Assembly (NCBI GenBank): GCA_044373665.1
Contig: JBIPNH010000003.1
Location: forward strand, 2,196-66,195
DNA length: 64,000 bases
DNA from: Bacteroidia bacterium
GTDB taxonomy: Bacteria > Bacteroidota > Bacteroidia > NS11-12g > UBA955
Direction: 5' to 3'
A model generated the notes under the pieces. That model was not told where the DNA came from. It worked only from the letters and a program-made list of their open reading frames with translations, and did not search any database. The first letter of the stretch is position 1; each line of letters begins with the position of its first letter. This document shows positions 9,144 to 19,203 of the stretch, piece after piece. The translations under genes were made by a program, and so were the position numbers.

Positions 9144-11213
9144 ATGCAATTGCTACTTTCTGCACCTTGGTGGTCTATAGTGTTCTGTTTACTAGCAGGA
9201 TTGGGCTATGCTTTTTTGCTTTATCAGTCGCATTTAAAATCAACTTTATACAAAATACTGTTTGTTCTTCGTTTTTTAGTTGTTTCTATTTTGTGCTTTC
9301 TCCTTTTGTCACCTTTGTTTGTTTACAAAAAAAAGACGCTCGAAAAGCCTAAAATAATACTGGTGCTTGACCAATCAGAATCTGTGATAAACAACGCCTC
9401 AAAATTGGATTATGAATCAAGATTTACGAATGAGTGGAAGGATTTGAAAGACCAATTGGGCGAAGATTTTGATGTTGATTATTTAGCACTTGGTAGTGAA
9501 ATAACGCCTTCAGACTCTTTTCAATTTAACCAAAAAAAGACCCATATCAGTCAGTTGTTTGATTATGTAAATAACACTTACACCCGACAAAATATTGGCG
9601 CAGTAGTGTTGGCATCAGACGGCCTTTTTAACCGAGGCATTAATCCTTTGTATAAATCCTTTAATACTGCTACTCACTTATATACCATTGGGTTAGGGGA
9701 TACTGTATTAAAAAAAGACTTGAAAATAAAAGAAGCAAATGCCAATGCTATTGCCTATTTGAATAATTTATTCCCTGTTGAAATTGCGATTCAAGCCAAT
9801 GGTTGTGAAGGCAAAAACACGTTGCTAACGGTTAGTTCAAATGGCAAAACATTGCACACTGAAACAGTATCAATCAATCAACCTAATTTCTACAAAACAG
9901 TAAGTGTCAATGTGGCTGCTGACCAACCCGGCGTTAAACATCTGATTGTAACTGTTCAAGCTGTAGAAAATGAATTTACAGTAAAAAACAACCGACAAGA
10001 TGTGTTTGTGGATGTGATAGATGGAAGAGAAAAAATAGCTTTGGTATATGATGGCCCCCATCCTGATATTGGCGCAATAAAAGAAGCTGTAAAAACCCAA
10101 GAAAACTATGAACTAATCAGTACGGACCTTGGTTCATTTAACCCAAAAGATTTACCACAATACAGTGTCTTAATTTTACACCAAGTACCTTCTAAGTCGA
10201 GCCCTTCGCAAGGATTAATGAATGCTATAAAGCAAGCTAAAATACCTGTTTGGTGCATTGTTGGCACTCAAACCAATGTGGACCAACTGAATCAATTATC
10301 CCCATTTGCCAAAATAGCCAAACATCAAAACAGATTTAATGAAAGTCAAGTTAAGGCCAATACTAATTTTCAGTTATTTACATTAGAAACCAATACTATT
10401 GAGTCTCTTGGCAAATTTCCACCACTTAAATCGCCTTATGGTTTTTACGAAACTGCCGACCCTTCCTACACTTTGGCCTATCAAAAAATTGGAAGTGTAA
10501 ATACCGTTATTCCGATGTTAACGTTTTATAGTAGCAATGGTGAAAAAACAGCTTTTTTGTACGGTGAAGGCCTTTGGAAATGGCGTTTGTCCGATTATGA
10601 AGAAAATGAAAACCACAATGCAAGCAATGAAATCATCAATAAAACCATTCAATTTTTAACCAATAAGGAAGACAAACGTAAGTTTAAGGCTTATCCCACT
10701 CAAAACAAATACGATGAAGACGAGCCTGTTAAATTTTATGCCGAATTATACAACGCAAACTATGAAGCAATAGTGAACAAAAATGTTCAATTAACCATTA
10801 AGAATAATGCCAACAAATCCTTTCAATATAATTTTACGCCTGTTCAGAAAAAATACCAAGCAGACTTAGGCTTTTTAAATTCAGGATTGTACAACTATAC
10901 TGCAAAAGCAGAAGGAATTACGGAAACCGTAAGTGGCAAAATCATAGTCAATGCACTTCAATTGGAATCATTGGAAACACAAGCAAACTTTCAATTATTA
11001 AGAGACCTTTCACAAAAACATAACGGCCATTTTTTCAAGAATAATGAATTGAGCGAATTGGTAAAAACAATTAAAAATAACACCAACATTACAGGCAAAA
11101 CAAGAATTGAAAAAACTGTTGAAGATTTAATTCATTCGAAATGGATTTTTGCTTTGATATTGATTTTGCTTACCATAGAGTGGTTTATTCGCAAATACGA
11201 GGGCGCTTATTGA
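9144..11213 (+). CDS. membrane-anchored von Willebrand factor A (VWA) domain protein
   Basis: N-terminal double TM segment, a MIDAS-like DQSES (DxSxS) motif after the KPKIILVL beta-strand, and a C-terminal TM anchor. Start moved to the ATG at 9144 (MQLLLSAPWW). Confidence 0.6.
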   Translation: MQLLLSAPWWSIVFCLLAGLGYAFLLYQSHLKSTLYKILFVLRFLVVSILCFLLLSPLFVYKKKTLEKPKIILVLDQSESVINNASKLDYESRFTNEWKDLKDQLGEDFDVDYLALGSEITPSDSFQFNQKKTHISQLFDYVNNTYTRQNIGAVVLASDGLFNRGINPLYKSFNTATHLYTIGLGDTVLKKDLKIKEANANAIAYLNNLFPVEIAIQANGCEGKNTLLTVSSNGKTLHTETVSINQPNFYKTVSVNVAADQPGVKHLIVTVQAVENEFTVKNNRQDVFVDVIDGREKIALVYDGPHPDIGAIKEAVKTQENYELISTDLGSFNPKDLPQYSVLILHQVPSKSSPSQGLMNAIKQAKIPVWCIVGTQTNVDQLNQLSPFAKIAKHQNRFNESQVKANTNFQLFTLETNTIESLGKFPPLKSPYGFYETADPSYTLAYQKIGSVNTVIPMLTFYSSNGEKTAFLYGEGLWKWRLSDYEENENHNASNEIINKTIQFLTNKEDKRKFKAYPTQNKYDEDEPVKFYAELYNANYEAIVNKNVQLTIKNNANKSFQYNFTPVQKKYQADLGFLNSGLYNYTAKAEGITETVSGKIIVNALQLESLETQANFQLLRDLSQKHNGHFFKNNELSELVKTIKNNTNITGKTRIEKTVEDLIHSKWIFALILILLTIEWFIRKYEGAY

Positions 11214-11215
11214 GT

Positions 11216-12193
11216 ATGAATATTCCGTTGACCCAACATCCAGTATTGTGCAATTATTATGTCACTTACCGATGTAATGCCAAATGTTCATTTTGCGATA
11301 TATGGGAAAAACCTTCGCCTTACGTAACACTCAATGAAGTGACCCAAAATCTGAAAGACTTAAAAAGATTAGGTGTAAATGTTATAGATTTTACGGGTGG
11401 TGAACCACTCCTTCACAGGCAATTACCCGATTTTTTGAGAATCGCTAAATCATTGGGATTTATTACAACAGTGACAACGAATGCACTACTTTATCCTAAA
11501 ATGGCCACTTCATTAAAAGGGCTTATTGACATGCTTCATTTTTCACTAGATTCACCTCATGAAGCAGCACATAACGAAAGCCGAGGGGTTAAATTATTTG
11601 ATAAATTTTTAGAATCAATAGAAGTCGCTAAAAACCTTAACGAAAGACCCGACATCATTTTCACTGTTTTCAGTCACAATATTCACGAAATAGAGGAAGT
11701 TTACAACCGTTTTTGCCTTCCCAATCAGTTCATGTTAATTCTTAATCCCGTGTTTGAATACAACGAAGTTGGAGCGCAGTTAAGCAAAGCAGATTTAGAC
11801 ATTTTGAGTGTTTGGGGCAAAAAAAAGTTCGTTTACTTGAACCAAGGGTTTATAGAACTCAGAAAAAACGGCGGCAATCATATTACAAATCCGGTTTGTA
11901 AAGCAGGAAGTACAACAGTGGTTATTTCCCCTGAAAATGAATTGGTACTTCCTTGTTATCATTTGGGACTTGAGAACCATAAAATCAGCAATAATTTGTA
12001 TGAATTATGGAGCAGTAAAAACATCCAAAAAGCCATAAAAATGGAAGGTAGGCATGCGGCTTGCGAGGGCTGTACTATCAACTGTTATATGCAACCAAGT
12101 TTTGCCACACATTTAAGTCAATATTGGTTCAAAGCATTGCCATCCACACTCAAATACAATTTAATTAAAGGGACTTGGAAACAACTTTTGTAA
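11216..12193 (+). CDS. radical SAM protein (C-terminal Cys-rich, SPASM-like tail)
   Basis: CNAKCSFC = the CxxxCxxC cluster motif in YVTYRCNAKCSFCDIWEK, plus a GGEPLL SAM-binding motif and a C-terminal CEGCTINC. Start moved to the ATG at 11216, 3 nt after the upstream stop. Confidence 0.8.
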   Translation: MNIPLTQHPVLCNYYVTYRCNAKCSFCDIWEKPSPYVTLNEVTQNLKDLKRLGVNVIDFTGGEPLLHRQLPDFLRIAKSLGFITTVTTNALLYPKMATSLKGLIDMLHFSLDSPHEAAHNESRGVKLFDKFLESIEVAKNLNERPDIIFTVFSHNIHEIEEVYNRFCLPNQFMLILNPVFEYNEVGAQLSKADLDILSVWGKKKFVYLNQGFIELRKNGGNHITNPVCKAGSTTVVISPENELVLPCYHLGLENHKISNNLYELWSSKNIQKAIKMEGRHAACEGCTINCYMQPSFATHLSQYWFKALPSTLKYNLIKGTWKQLL

Positions 12194-12238
12194 GAGATTC
12201 ACGAATCCTTTCAGCTTTTGAAATCTTTTGTTTTTGCA

Positions 12239-14239
12239 ATGTATTTAAATAATATATTTGCAAATAAAACATTGGTAGATATTTCGGTCATAATAGTGAA
12301 TTACAACGTACAAGCTTTGCTTGAACAAACCGTTTTATCTGTTTATAAAGCCGCGTCCAATTTAAACATCGAAATTATTGTCGTTGACAACCATTCTGCT
12401 GACGAATCATGCAACATGATACGCAGGCGTTTTAAGGATGTTATTTTAATTGACAATCAAGACAATGTTGGGTTTAGCAGAGCAAATAACCAAGGAATAG
12501 AAATAGCAAAAGGGCAACATGTATTAATACTAAATCCTGACACTGTTTTAAGCGAAGACAGCCTTAGCAAAACACATCAATATTTACTTTCACACACAGA
12601 TGTAGGTGCTTTGGGAGTAAGGATGATAGATGGCAGAGGAACTTTTTTACCTGAATCAAAAAGGGGTTTACCAACGCCAATGGTTGCCTTTTACAAAATG
12701 AGTGGATTGGCGAAACTTTTTCCAAACTCTAAAAGATTCGGGGCGTATCACCTAAGCTACCTCAATGAATTTGAAAACCACGAGGTGGATGTATTGAGTG
12801 GTGCTTTTATGATGATTAAGAAAAAGGTATTGGATGAAGTTGGTTATTTTGATGAAAGTTTTTTTATGTATGGCGAAGACATTGATTTAAGCTATCGCAT
12901 TCAAAAGGCAGGCTATAAAAATGTCTATTTTGCCGAAACGACCATCATTCATTACAAAGGAGAAAGCACCAAAAAGCACAGCGTAAATTATGTCAAAATT
13001 TTTTACCAAGCCATGGCCAAATTTGCAAAGAAACACTTTAGCAAACAACAAGGTTGGTGGTTTTCTGTGTGTATTAATTTAGCTATCTTTTTAAGAGCAA
13101 TTATCGCCCTTATCAATCGAACACTTAGTCAATTGAAATTGGTGGCAGCCGATTATATACTCACCTATTTGGCTTATGGTGGTATTACTAGGTATTGGGA
13201 ACATTACAACAAGTTTGTGATTGGCGGATTTTATCCCGACCATTATTTGTATTTACATGTCCCTATTTATTGTCTTTTTTGGATAGGCGGCATTTATGTT
13301 AGTGGGGGTTATCAATACAAGTTTGATTTATCTAAATCATCACGAGGTATTATTTTAGGTTCAGTTACTTTACTGACTGCCTACGCATTACTTCCCGAAA
13401 ACATGAGATTTTCTAGGGCATTGATTGTTTTGGGTGCAACATTGGCTTTTTTAATTAGTCTATTTAATCGATTGGTTTTTCATTTCTTAAAATACAAACA
13501 TTTAAATACCAATACCAGTCAACTGTCACAAGTGGTTATTATTGGCGAACCAGAAGAATGTGAAAGAGTCAAACAGATTTTGATATTGTATCCCAATCGT
13601 TTTAAACTGATTGGATTTATTCGTCCTAAATTTTCAAATACAGTTGGAGATTGGATGGGTCATTCAGAGCATTTGAATGATTTGATAGACTTGTACCAAA
13701 TCAATGAAATTATATTTTGTGCCAAAGACATTCCGGGTACAGAAATAATGGAAATGATGAGTAAAAGCAATAATACCCATGTTAAATTTAAAATAATGCC
13801 CGAAAAAGGTGAATTTATCATAGGCAGCAATTCCAAAAATACAAGTGGTGAATTTTATAGCGTAGATATTACACCTGCACTGAACAATCAAGAAACACGA
13901 AACAAAAAAAGAATGTTCGATTTGATTATCTGTTTTCTATTAATTCCTGCTGCACTTTTTATACTTTGGAATTTAAAAACATTCCGACTTATCTATCGCA
14001 ATTGGATGGCTTGTTTAATAGGCCAAAAAACTTGGGTTGGATACCACCCCAATGTTGACATTAAAAAACTACCCTTGCTAAAACCTGGCGTTTTTAAAGT
14101 TGGCGAACATTTGACTAACAAAAACAAAGACAATCAACATGTTAACCATCTAAACCTTATTTATGCCACAAATTATAATTGGCAATTTGATTTAAATATC
14201 CTTGTAAAAGAAATATTTTCTAATAACTTCGCAAAATAA
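12239..14239 (+). CDS. family 2 glycosyltransferase fused to a polytopic membrane region and a degenerate polyprenyl-phosphate sugar-transferase-like C-terminus
   Basis: N-terminus: ISVIIVNYN...VVDNHS.D...GFSRANN...NPD and YGEDIDLSYR (GT2 DxD/ED motifs). Middle: several TM helices and a Rossmann-like VVIIGEPEE...EIIFC segment. C-terminus: KRMFDLIICFLLIPAALFILW ... GQKTWVGYHP ... KPGVF ... YATNYNWQFDLNIL resembles a bacterial sugar-transferase domain that lacks its central catalytic part. The start is uncertain (12218, 12239 or 12272). Confidence 0.65.
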   Translation: MYLNNIFANKTLVDISVIIVNYNVQALLEQTVLSVYKAASNLNIEIIVVDNHSADESCNMIRRRFKDVILIDNQDNVGFSRANNQGIEIAKGQHVLILNPDTVLSEDSLSKTHQYLLSHTDVGALGVRMIDGRGTFLPESKRGLPTPMVAFYKMSGLAKLFPNSKRFGAYHLSYLNEFENHEVDVLSGAFMMIKKKVLDEVGYFDESFFMYGEDIDLSYRIQKAGYKNVYFAETTIIHYKGESTKKHSVNYVKIFYQAMAKFAKKHFSKQQGWWFSVCINLAIFLRAIIALINRTLSQLKLVAADYILTYLAYGGITRYWEHYNKFVIGGFYPDHYLYLHVPIYCLFWIGGIYVSGGYQYKFDLSKSSRGIILGSVTLLTAYALLPENMRFSRALIVLGATLAFLISLFNRLVFHFLKYKHLNTNTSQLSQVVIIGEPEECERVKQILILYPNRFKLIGFIRPKFSNTVGDWMGHSEHLNDLIDLYQINEIIFCAKDIPGTEIMEMMSKSNNTHVKFKIMPEKGEFIIGSNSKNTSGEFYSVDITPALNNQETRNKKRMFDLIICFLLIPAALFILWNLKTFRLIYRNWMACLIGQKTWVGYHPNVDIKKLPLLKPGVFKVGEHLTNKNKDNQHVNHLNLIYATNYNWQFDLNILVKEIFSNNFAK

Positions 14240-14252
14240 TACCCAAAACATT

Positions 14253-16136
14253 ATGACAGTAAAAGATCCAAATTTTGGTTCACTCCACGAATTCTTTCTA
14301 AACTCTGCAAATAATATCCATAAGCCTGAGCATATTTTCCTTATGGAAAAAAACGGCAAAGATTATGAATCAATCACTTACCAAACTGCCCTTGAAAATA
14401 TTGAACTTTGGGCCAGTTACCTTTACCACATTGGCATACGTAAAAATGACAAAGTAGCTATTTGCTTAGACAATTGCCCTGAATTTATATACCTTGACCA
14501 AGCATTACAGAAAATAGGGGCTGTCAATGTTTCTATTTACCCAACTTTAACACCAGAAGAAACCGCCTTTATCCTTAATGATAGCAATAGTAAAGCGGTA
14601 TTATTAGGCAATCCATTTTTATTTAAAAAATTCTTAAAAGTCGAACAAAAATGTCCTGACATTCAGCATGTTTTTTTGGCTTATGACGATAAATCGGCCA
14701 ATCAAGAAAAATATTTAACCGTTAATTACCTCAAAGAAGAAGCCAAAAAACTAGTTTCTACTTATAAAAATGAAATAGACGCAATATTACCAACCATTCA
14801 ACACAATGATTTGGCAGCATTGATATATACCAGTGGTACTACTGGGGTTCCTAAAGGGACCATGTTGAGTCATTACAACTTTATGAGCAACTGTTACGAT
14901 GCTTATGAACTGTGTCCAAGTATCAACAGTGACGACCGTTTTCTATCCTTTTTGCCGTTAAGTCACGTTTATGAGAGAATGGCTGGATACTACTTGCCAA
15001 CATACATTGGTGCTCAAATTGCTTTTGCAGAAAGCATAGAAAAAGTAGCTCAAAATTTTATGGAAGCTCAACCTTCTATCATGACTTGTGTGCCTCGTTT
15101 GTTGGAACGTTTAGAGGGCAGAATTAGAGGCAATGCAGAAGCAAAAGGTGGCATTACATTGAAAATATTTAATTGGTGTTTGTCTGTAGGTGAACAAGTT
15201 CGTTTAAATACCGAGAATAAGAAATCCATTGGACCTTTATTGAAACTTAAACACAGTATTGCAGAGAAATTAGTATTCAGTAAGATAAAAGCAAAGTTGG
15301 GTGGCAGACTAAAATTATTAGTTTCGGGTGGTGGTGCATTACCGCAGCACATTGGTGAATTTTTTGGCAATGTGGGTATCCGCTGTCAACAAGGTTACGG
15401 ACTTACCGAAACCTCTCCTTTTGTTACCGTAAATGAATTTCACAGACAAATTCACGGCACAAGCGGAAGAGTTGCGCCAAGACAACAAGTGGCTATCCAA
15501 AATATAGAAACCAAAGAAATGATTACTATCCAAACTTATGATAGTTTCAAGGATGATTTTGAGTGTGAAGAAGGAGAAATATTGTGTAAAGGTCCAAATA
15601 TTATGTTGGGTTATTACAACAATCCTAAAGAAACTGCATTAGTAATGGACGAAGAAGGTTGGTTTCATACAGGCGACATTGGAAAATTCCATAAAGGTTA
15701 TATTAAAATTACAGATAGATATAAAAACATGCTTAAAACCAGTTTAGGCAAAAACATCTATCCTACACCTATCGAAAACACTTATTTACAGAGTGATAAA
15801 ATAGAACAAATTTTTATTATTGGTGACCAAAGAGAATATGTAACAGCCATTATTATTCCTAAAGAAGAAAAGCTTAAAGATTTTGTTGGTTTAAACAATA
15901 TGAACTTCAATGGAGACTCTGATATTATTGAAGATGAACAATTAAAAAAATGGATTGAAGAAGATATTAAAAAGTTATCTTTGCACCTTTCAAACTACGC
16001 GCGTATTAGAAGCTTTGTTATCAAAAGAAATCCTTTTAGTATTGAAAGTGGCGAACTAACTGTAACACTCAAACAAAAAAGAAAAGTTATTGAAGAAAGA
16101 TACGGACAATGGATAGATAAAATGTATCAATCCTAG
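14253..16136 (+). CDS. long-chain fatty acid--CoA ligase (AMP-forming acyl-CoA synthetase)
   Basis: AMP-binding signature YTSGTTGVPKG, plus GYGLTETS and WFHTGDIG motifs. Confidence 0.85.
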   Translation: MTVKDPNFGSLHEFFLNSANNIHKPEHIFLMEKNGKDYESITYQTALENIELWASYLYHIGIRKNDKVAICLDNCPEFIYLDQALQKIGAVNVSIYPTLTPEETAFILNDSNSKAVLLGNPFLFKKFLKVEQKCPDIQHVFLAYDDKSANQEKYLTVNYLKEEAKKLVSTYKNEIDAILPTIQHNDLAALIYTSGTTGVPKGTMLSHYNFMSNCYDAYELCPSINSDDRFLSFLPLSHVYERMAGYYLPTYIGAQIAFAESIEKVAQNFMEAQPSIMTCVPRLLERLEGRIRGNAEAKGGITLKIFNWCLSVGEQVRLNTENKKSIGPLLKLKHSIAEKLVFSKIKAKLGGRLKLLVSGGGALPQHIGEFFGNVGIRCQQGYGLTETSPFVTVNEFHRQIHGTSGRVAPRQQVAIQNIETKEMITIQTYDSFKDDFECEEGEILCKGPNIMLGYYNNPKETALVMDEEGWFHTGDIGKFHKGYIKITDRYKNMLKTSLGKNIYPTPIENTYLQSDKIEQIFIIGDQREYVTAIIIPKEEKLKDFVGLNNMNFNGDSDIIEDEQLKKWIEEDIKKLSLHLSNYARIRSFVIKRNPFSIESGELTVTLKQKRKVIEERYGQWIDKMYQS

Positions 16137-16158
16137 TTCAAAATACTAAATTATTTAA

Positions 16159-17205
16159 ATGTTAAAACTTTATTATTTTTTAATTGCCCCACTTGGAATG
16201 TTATTGATGGCTTATGGCTATTTAAAAGTTGCTGCTAAACTTAACCTTTACGACCACCCTGTTGGTAGAAGTTCGCACAACAACAGAACCATTACGGGCT
16301 ACGGCATTTTTGTTTTATTGGGTTTGTTTTTGTACAGCATTATTTATCCATTCACGCTAAGTGCCTATTTTATTATTGGTTTAGTAATGATGGCAACCAT
16401 CAGTTTTATTGATGACATTGTTTTTGTAAAACACTTTATCAGGTTAATTTTTCAACTTTTTGCTCTCATCTTATTAGCCATTGACCTCCCCTTTGATTAC
16501 ATTACAACCGATAAACTACCTTTGATTATTGCCTCTGTTATTTTTGGTATAGGGGTATTAAATGCCTTTAATTTTATGGATGGCATTAATGGTATGTTAG
16601 GCCTGAATTCGTTGGTTATCCTAGTCAGTTTTTGGTGGTTGAATAATCATACTTATGACACTTCCGGTCACGAGATTACATTTATAACAAACGAGTTTAT
16701 TTACACATTAATCATTGGTGTTTCTATCTTTTTGTTTTTCAACTTAAGGCATAAAGCGATAGCGTTTGCAGGAGATGTAGGCAGTATTTCAATTGCATTT
16801 GTTATTTTTTACCTGATGGTTAATTTAATATTTGCCACAGGCAATTATGCTTACCTTCTTTTGTTCGTTGTAATAGGCATTGATGCTGCGCTTACGGTTA
16901 TTTTCAAACTACTTTTAAGAGAAAACATATTTGTACCACACAGAGATTTTTTATTCAAAAAACTAGTCCATGTAGGCAAATACAAGCATGTTAATATTTC
17001 TATTATTTATGCTATGGTTCAAGCTTTTATTTCGATAATTGTTATTGCACTACCCCTTCAAAACAAACTTTCGGCCCAATTGAGCATTCTGTTTATAGTA
17101 GTGGTAGGATTATGTAGCACCTATATAATCATCAGAAATAAATACACCAAAAAAAGGGTGATTAAATCCTTACAAAGAGAAGCAAATATTATAGAAGAAG
17201 ATTAA
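16159..17205 (+). CDS. family 4 glycosyltransferase (MraY/WecA-like polyprenyl-phosphate HexNAc-1-phosphate transferase)
   Basis: About 10 TM helices and the NAFNFMDGINGM motif diagnostic of the MraY/WecA family. Confidence 0.8.
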   Translation: MLKLYYFLIAPLGMLLMAYGYLKVAAKLNLYDHPVGRSSHNNRTITGYGIFVLLGLFLYSIIYPFTLSAYFIIGLVMMATISFIDDIVFVKHFIRLIFQLFALILLAIDLPFDYITTDKLPLIIASVIFGIGVLNAFNFMDGINGMLGLNSLVILVSFWWLNNHTYDTSGHEITFITNEFIYTLIIGVSIFLFFNLRHKAIAFAGDVGSISIAFVIFYLMVNLIFATGNYAYLLLFVVIGIDAALTVIFKLLLRENIFVPHRDFLFKKLVHVGKYKHVNISIIYAMVQAFISIIVIALPLQNKLSAQLSILFIVVVGLCSTYIIIRNKYTKKRVIKSLQREANIIEED

Positions 17206-18077
17206 GCAATTTCAGAGCTTGGCGCTATTTTCTTAACCAAGCCTTGCAATACTTTTCCAGGACCACATTCTTCAAAACGCACTGCCCCATCTGTAACCAT
17301 AGCTTGAACACATTGAGTCCATTTTACAGGAGCCGTTAATTGTTTAAGTAAGTTTGCTTTTATTTGTTCAGGGTTTACTTCAGCTTGAGCTGTCACATTT
17401 TGATAAATAGGACAAGAACCTTGACTGAATTTTGTATTTTCTATAGCAATTGCTAATTTTTCTTCAGCAGGTTTCATTAAGGGTGAGTGAAAAGCACCGC
17501 CTACTTGAAGTACCAAAGCACGTTTAGCCCCTGCTGCTTTTAATTTTTCACAAGCTTCATTCACTGCTTCTATTTCTCCTGATATTACCAATTGTCCTGG
17601 ACAGTTATAATTAGCAGGAACTACAATGCCGCTGGTAATTGAGGCACAAATTTCTTCAACTTTAGCATCCTCCAAACCCAATACAGCAGCCATTGTGCTA
17701 GGTTTCAATTGACAAGCTTCTTGCATTGCCATGGCGCGTTGATATACTAATTTTAAGCCATCTTCAAAAGTTAGGGTTCCATTGGCAACCAAAGCCGAAA
17801 ACTCGCCTAAACTGTGACCTGCCACCATGTCGGGCTGAAATGATTCACCTAAACATTTGGCAGCAATCACTGAATGTAAAAAAATGGCAGGTTGAGTGAT
17901 ATTAGTTTGCTTTAAACCCTCATCCGTACCGTTAAACAATTCATCTGTAATACGGAAACCTAATATCTCGTTTGCTTTTTCAAACAACGCTTTAGCTTCT
18001 GGGAATTGCTCATATAAATCTTTTCCCATTCCTACAAATTGCGCGCCTTGTCCTGGAAATAAAAATGCTTTTTTCAT
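17202..18077 (-). CDS. fabD: malonyl-CoA:ACP transacylase
   Basis: FPGQGAQ, the GHSLGEFSAL active-site serine motif, and GAFHS. Confidence 0.92.
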   Translation of the reverse strand: MKKAFLFPGQGAQFVGMGKDLYEQFPEAKALFEKANEILGFRITDELFNGTDEGLKQTNITQPAIFLHSVIAAKCLGESFQPDMVAGHSLGEFSALVANGTLTFEDGLKLVYQRAMAMQEACQLKPSTMAAVLGLEDAKVEEICASITSGIVVPANYNCPGQLVISGEIEAVNEACEKLKAAGAKRALVLQVGGAFHSPLMKPAEEKLAIAIENTKFSQGSCPIYQNVTAQAEVNPEQIKANLLKQLTAPVKWTQCVQAMVTDGAVRFEECGPGKVLQGLVKKIAPSSEIA

Positions 18078-18479
18078 GCTTCAATTTTAATACTTATTTG
18101 ATAATATTAAAAGGTTTTTATTTTTCAGATTATTGAAAGTAAATCGTTTAGAATCTGCAAGCAATGTCGTTTTATTAACTAATCTATTTCCAAGCAGGCA
18201 CAAGTTGGATGAGCCTGTTTTCTTGGGTAAATGAATCCATTTGATTGATGTTAATGATGATGCCGTTGTAAGTTATCTGTCATTACCAATGAATGAACTC
18301 TCACATTTCGAATGGTTAATTGTTAAAAATCAATTTGGTTGTTTGGAGGCAATGGGTTTAATTTGTAAAACAAAACTGAAAAAACGGGAATATCTAAAAC
18401 ACTAAAAAAGTTCCTCCTATATTACGAAAACGTATGTTTTTGGGAACATTTTGAAGAAAAAAGATCTCATATAAGTAAG

Positions 18480-19172
18480 TTATAGCCAATGCTAAAAAGA
18501 CGACAACAAACAAAATAAATTGACAATGGAAGAAAGACCAAAAATAAAATTAGAACTTACGACAGCCGACAAGATATTTGAAAGTATTGGTTGGTTTTTA
18601 ATAATAGCGATTTGGGGTTTGACAATTACAAACTATTCAAACTTGCCTGACACTATTCCGACACATTATAATGGAGCAGGACAAGCTGATGGGTTTGGCG
18701 GAAAGGCGACTATTTTGACTTTGCCCTTAATTGCAACCATTTTATTCATTGGACTGACAATATTAAATAAGTTTCCACACGTATTCAATTATCCAACCAA
18801 TATTACGCAAGACAACGCTTTTAGGCAATATACCAATGCGACAAGACTTATAAGATATCTTAAACTTATTATCGTTTTTATTTTCGGACTTATTGCGTTC
18901 AAGACAATTCAAAATGCAAACGGAAAAGCAGACGGACTTGGAGTTTGGTTTTTACCAATGACAATGGGACTGATTTTTATTCCGCTGATTTATTTTGTGA
19001 TTAAATCATTCAAGACAAAACAATGACCAAAAGACAAAGCACTGGCTATAACAGCACCTACCCAAAAGGCGGGGTGTCGTGTTCCAAAGACAGTTTTGTG
19101 GTTAATCAAACATTAGTTTTTCAAATCAAGTTTTGTGGTAAAAGTCCCGCCCTTCGGCTAAGCCGCGAAACG
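18480..19172 (+). mobile_element. putative integron-type gene cassette 1 (DUF1648 membrane protein + attC-like site A)
   Basis: Bounded by G|TTATAGCC (18479-18487) and by the G|TT of attC-like A (19172). GTTATAGCC is the exact reverse complement of the 5' core GGCTATAAC of attC-like A. Confidence 0.55.
18526..19026 (+). CDS. DUF1648 domain membrane protein
   Basis: Four TM segments and a PDTIPTHYNGAGQADGFG motif typical of DUF1648/SdpI-like N-termini. ATG at 18526. Confidence 0.65.
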   Translation: MEERPKIKLELTTADKIFESIGWFLIIAIWGLTITNYSNLPDTIPTHYNGAGQADGFGGKATILTLPLIATILFIGLTILNKFPHVFNYPTNITQDNAFRQYTNATRLIRYLKLIIVFIFGLIAFKTIQNANGKADGLGVWFLPMTMGLIFIPLIYFVIKSFKTKQ

Positions 19173-19178
19173 TTAGGC
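19044..19178 (+). repeat. attC-like imperfect palindrome A (135 bp)
   Basis: 5' GGCTATAAC ... AGGCGGGG // CCCGCCC ... AAGCCGCGAAAC-GTTAGGC 3'. The outer cores are RYYYAAC/GTTRRRY-like. It is homologous to element B. ORF 19023..19232 in the track is just its translation. Confidence 0.6.
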
Positions 19179-19203
19179 ACAAGCATAAAAAGACACAGAA
19201 CAA

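Noticed and set aside
11141-11215. 25-codon N-terminal extension of the radical SAM ORF
   Set aside because: It overlaps the end of the VWA gene. The ATG at 11216 sits 3 nt after that gene's stop and directly precedes the conserved radical SAM N-terminus.
18078-18479. Degraded integrase or attI in the 400-bp gap between fabD and cassette 1
   Set aside because: No reading frame of useful length exists and no tyrosine-recombinase motifs were found in any frame. There are no repeated integrase-binding-type direct repeats. Only a 9-mer (AGGCACAAG, 18196) echoes the cassette-2 start, which is too weak to call.
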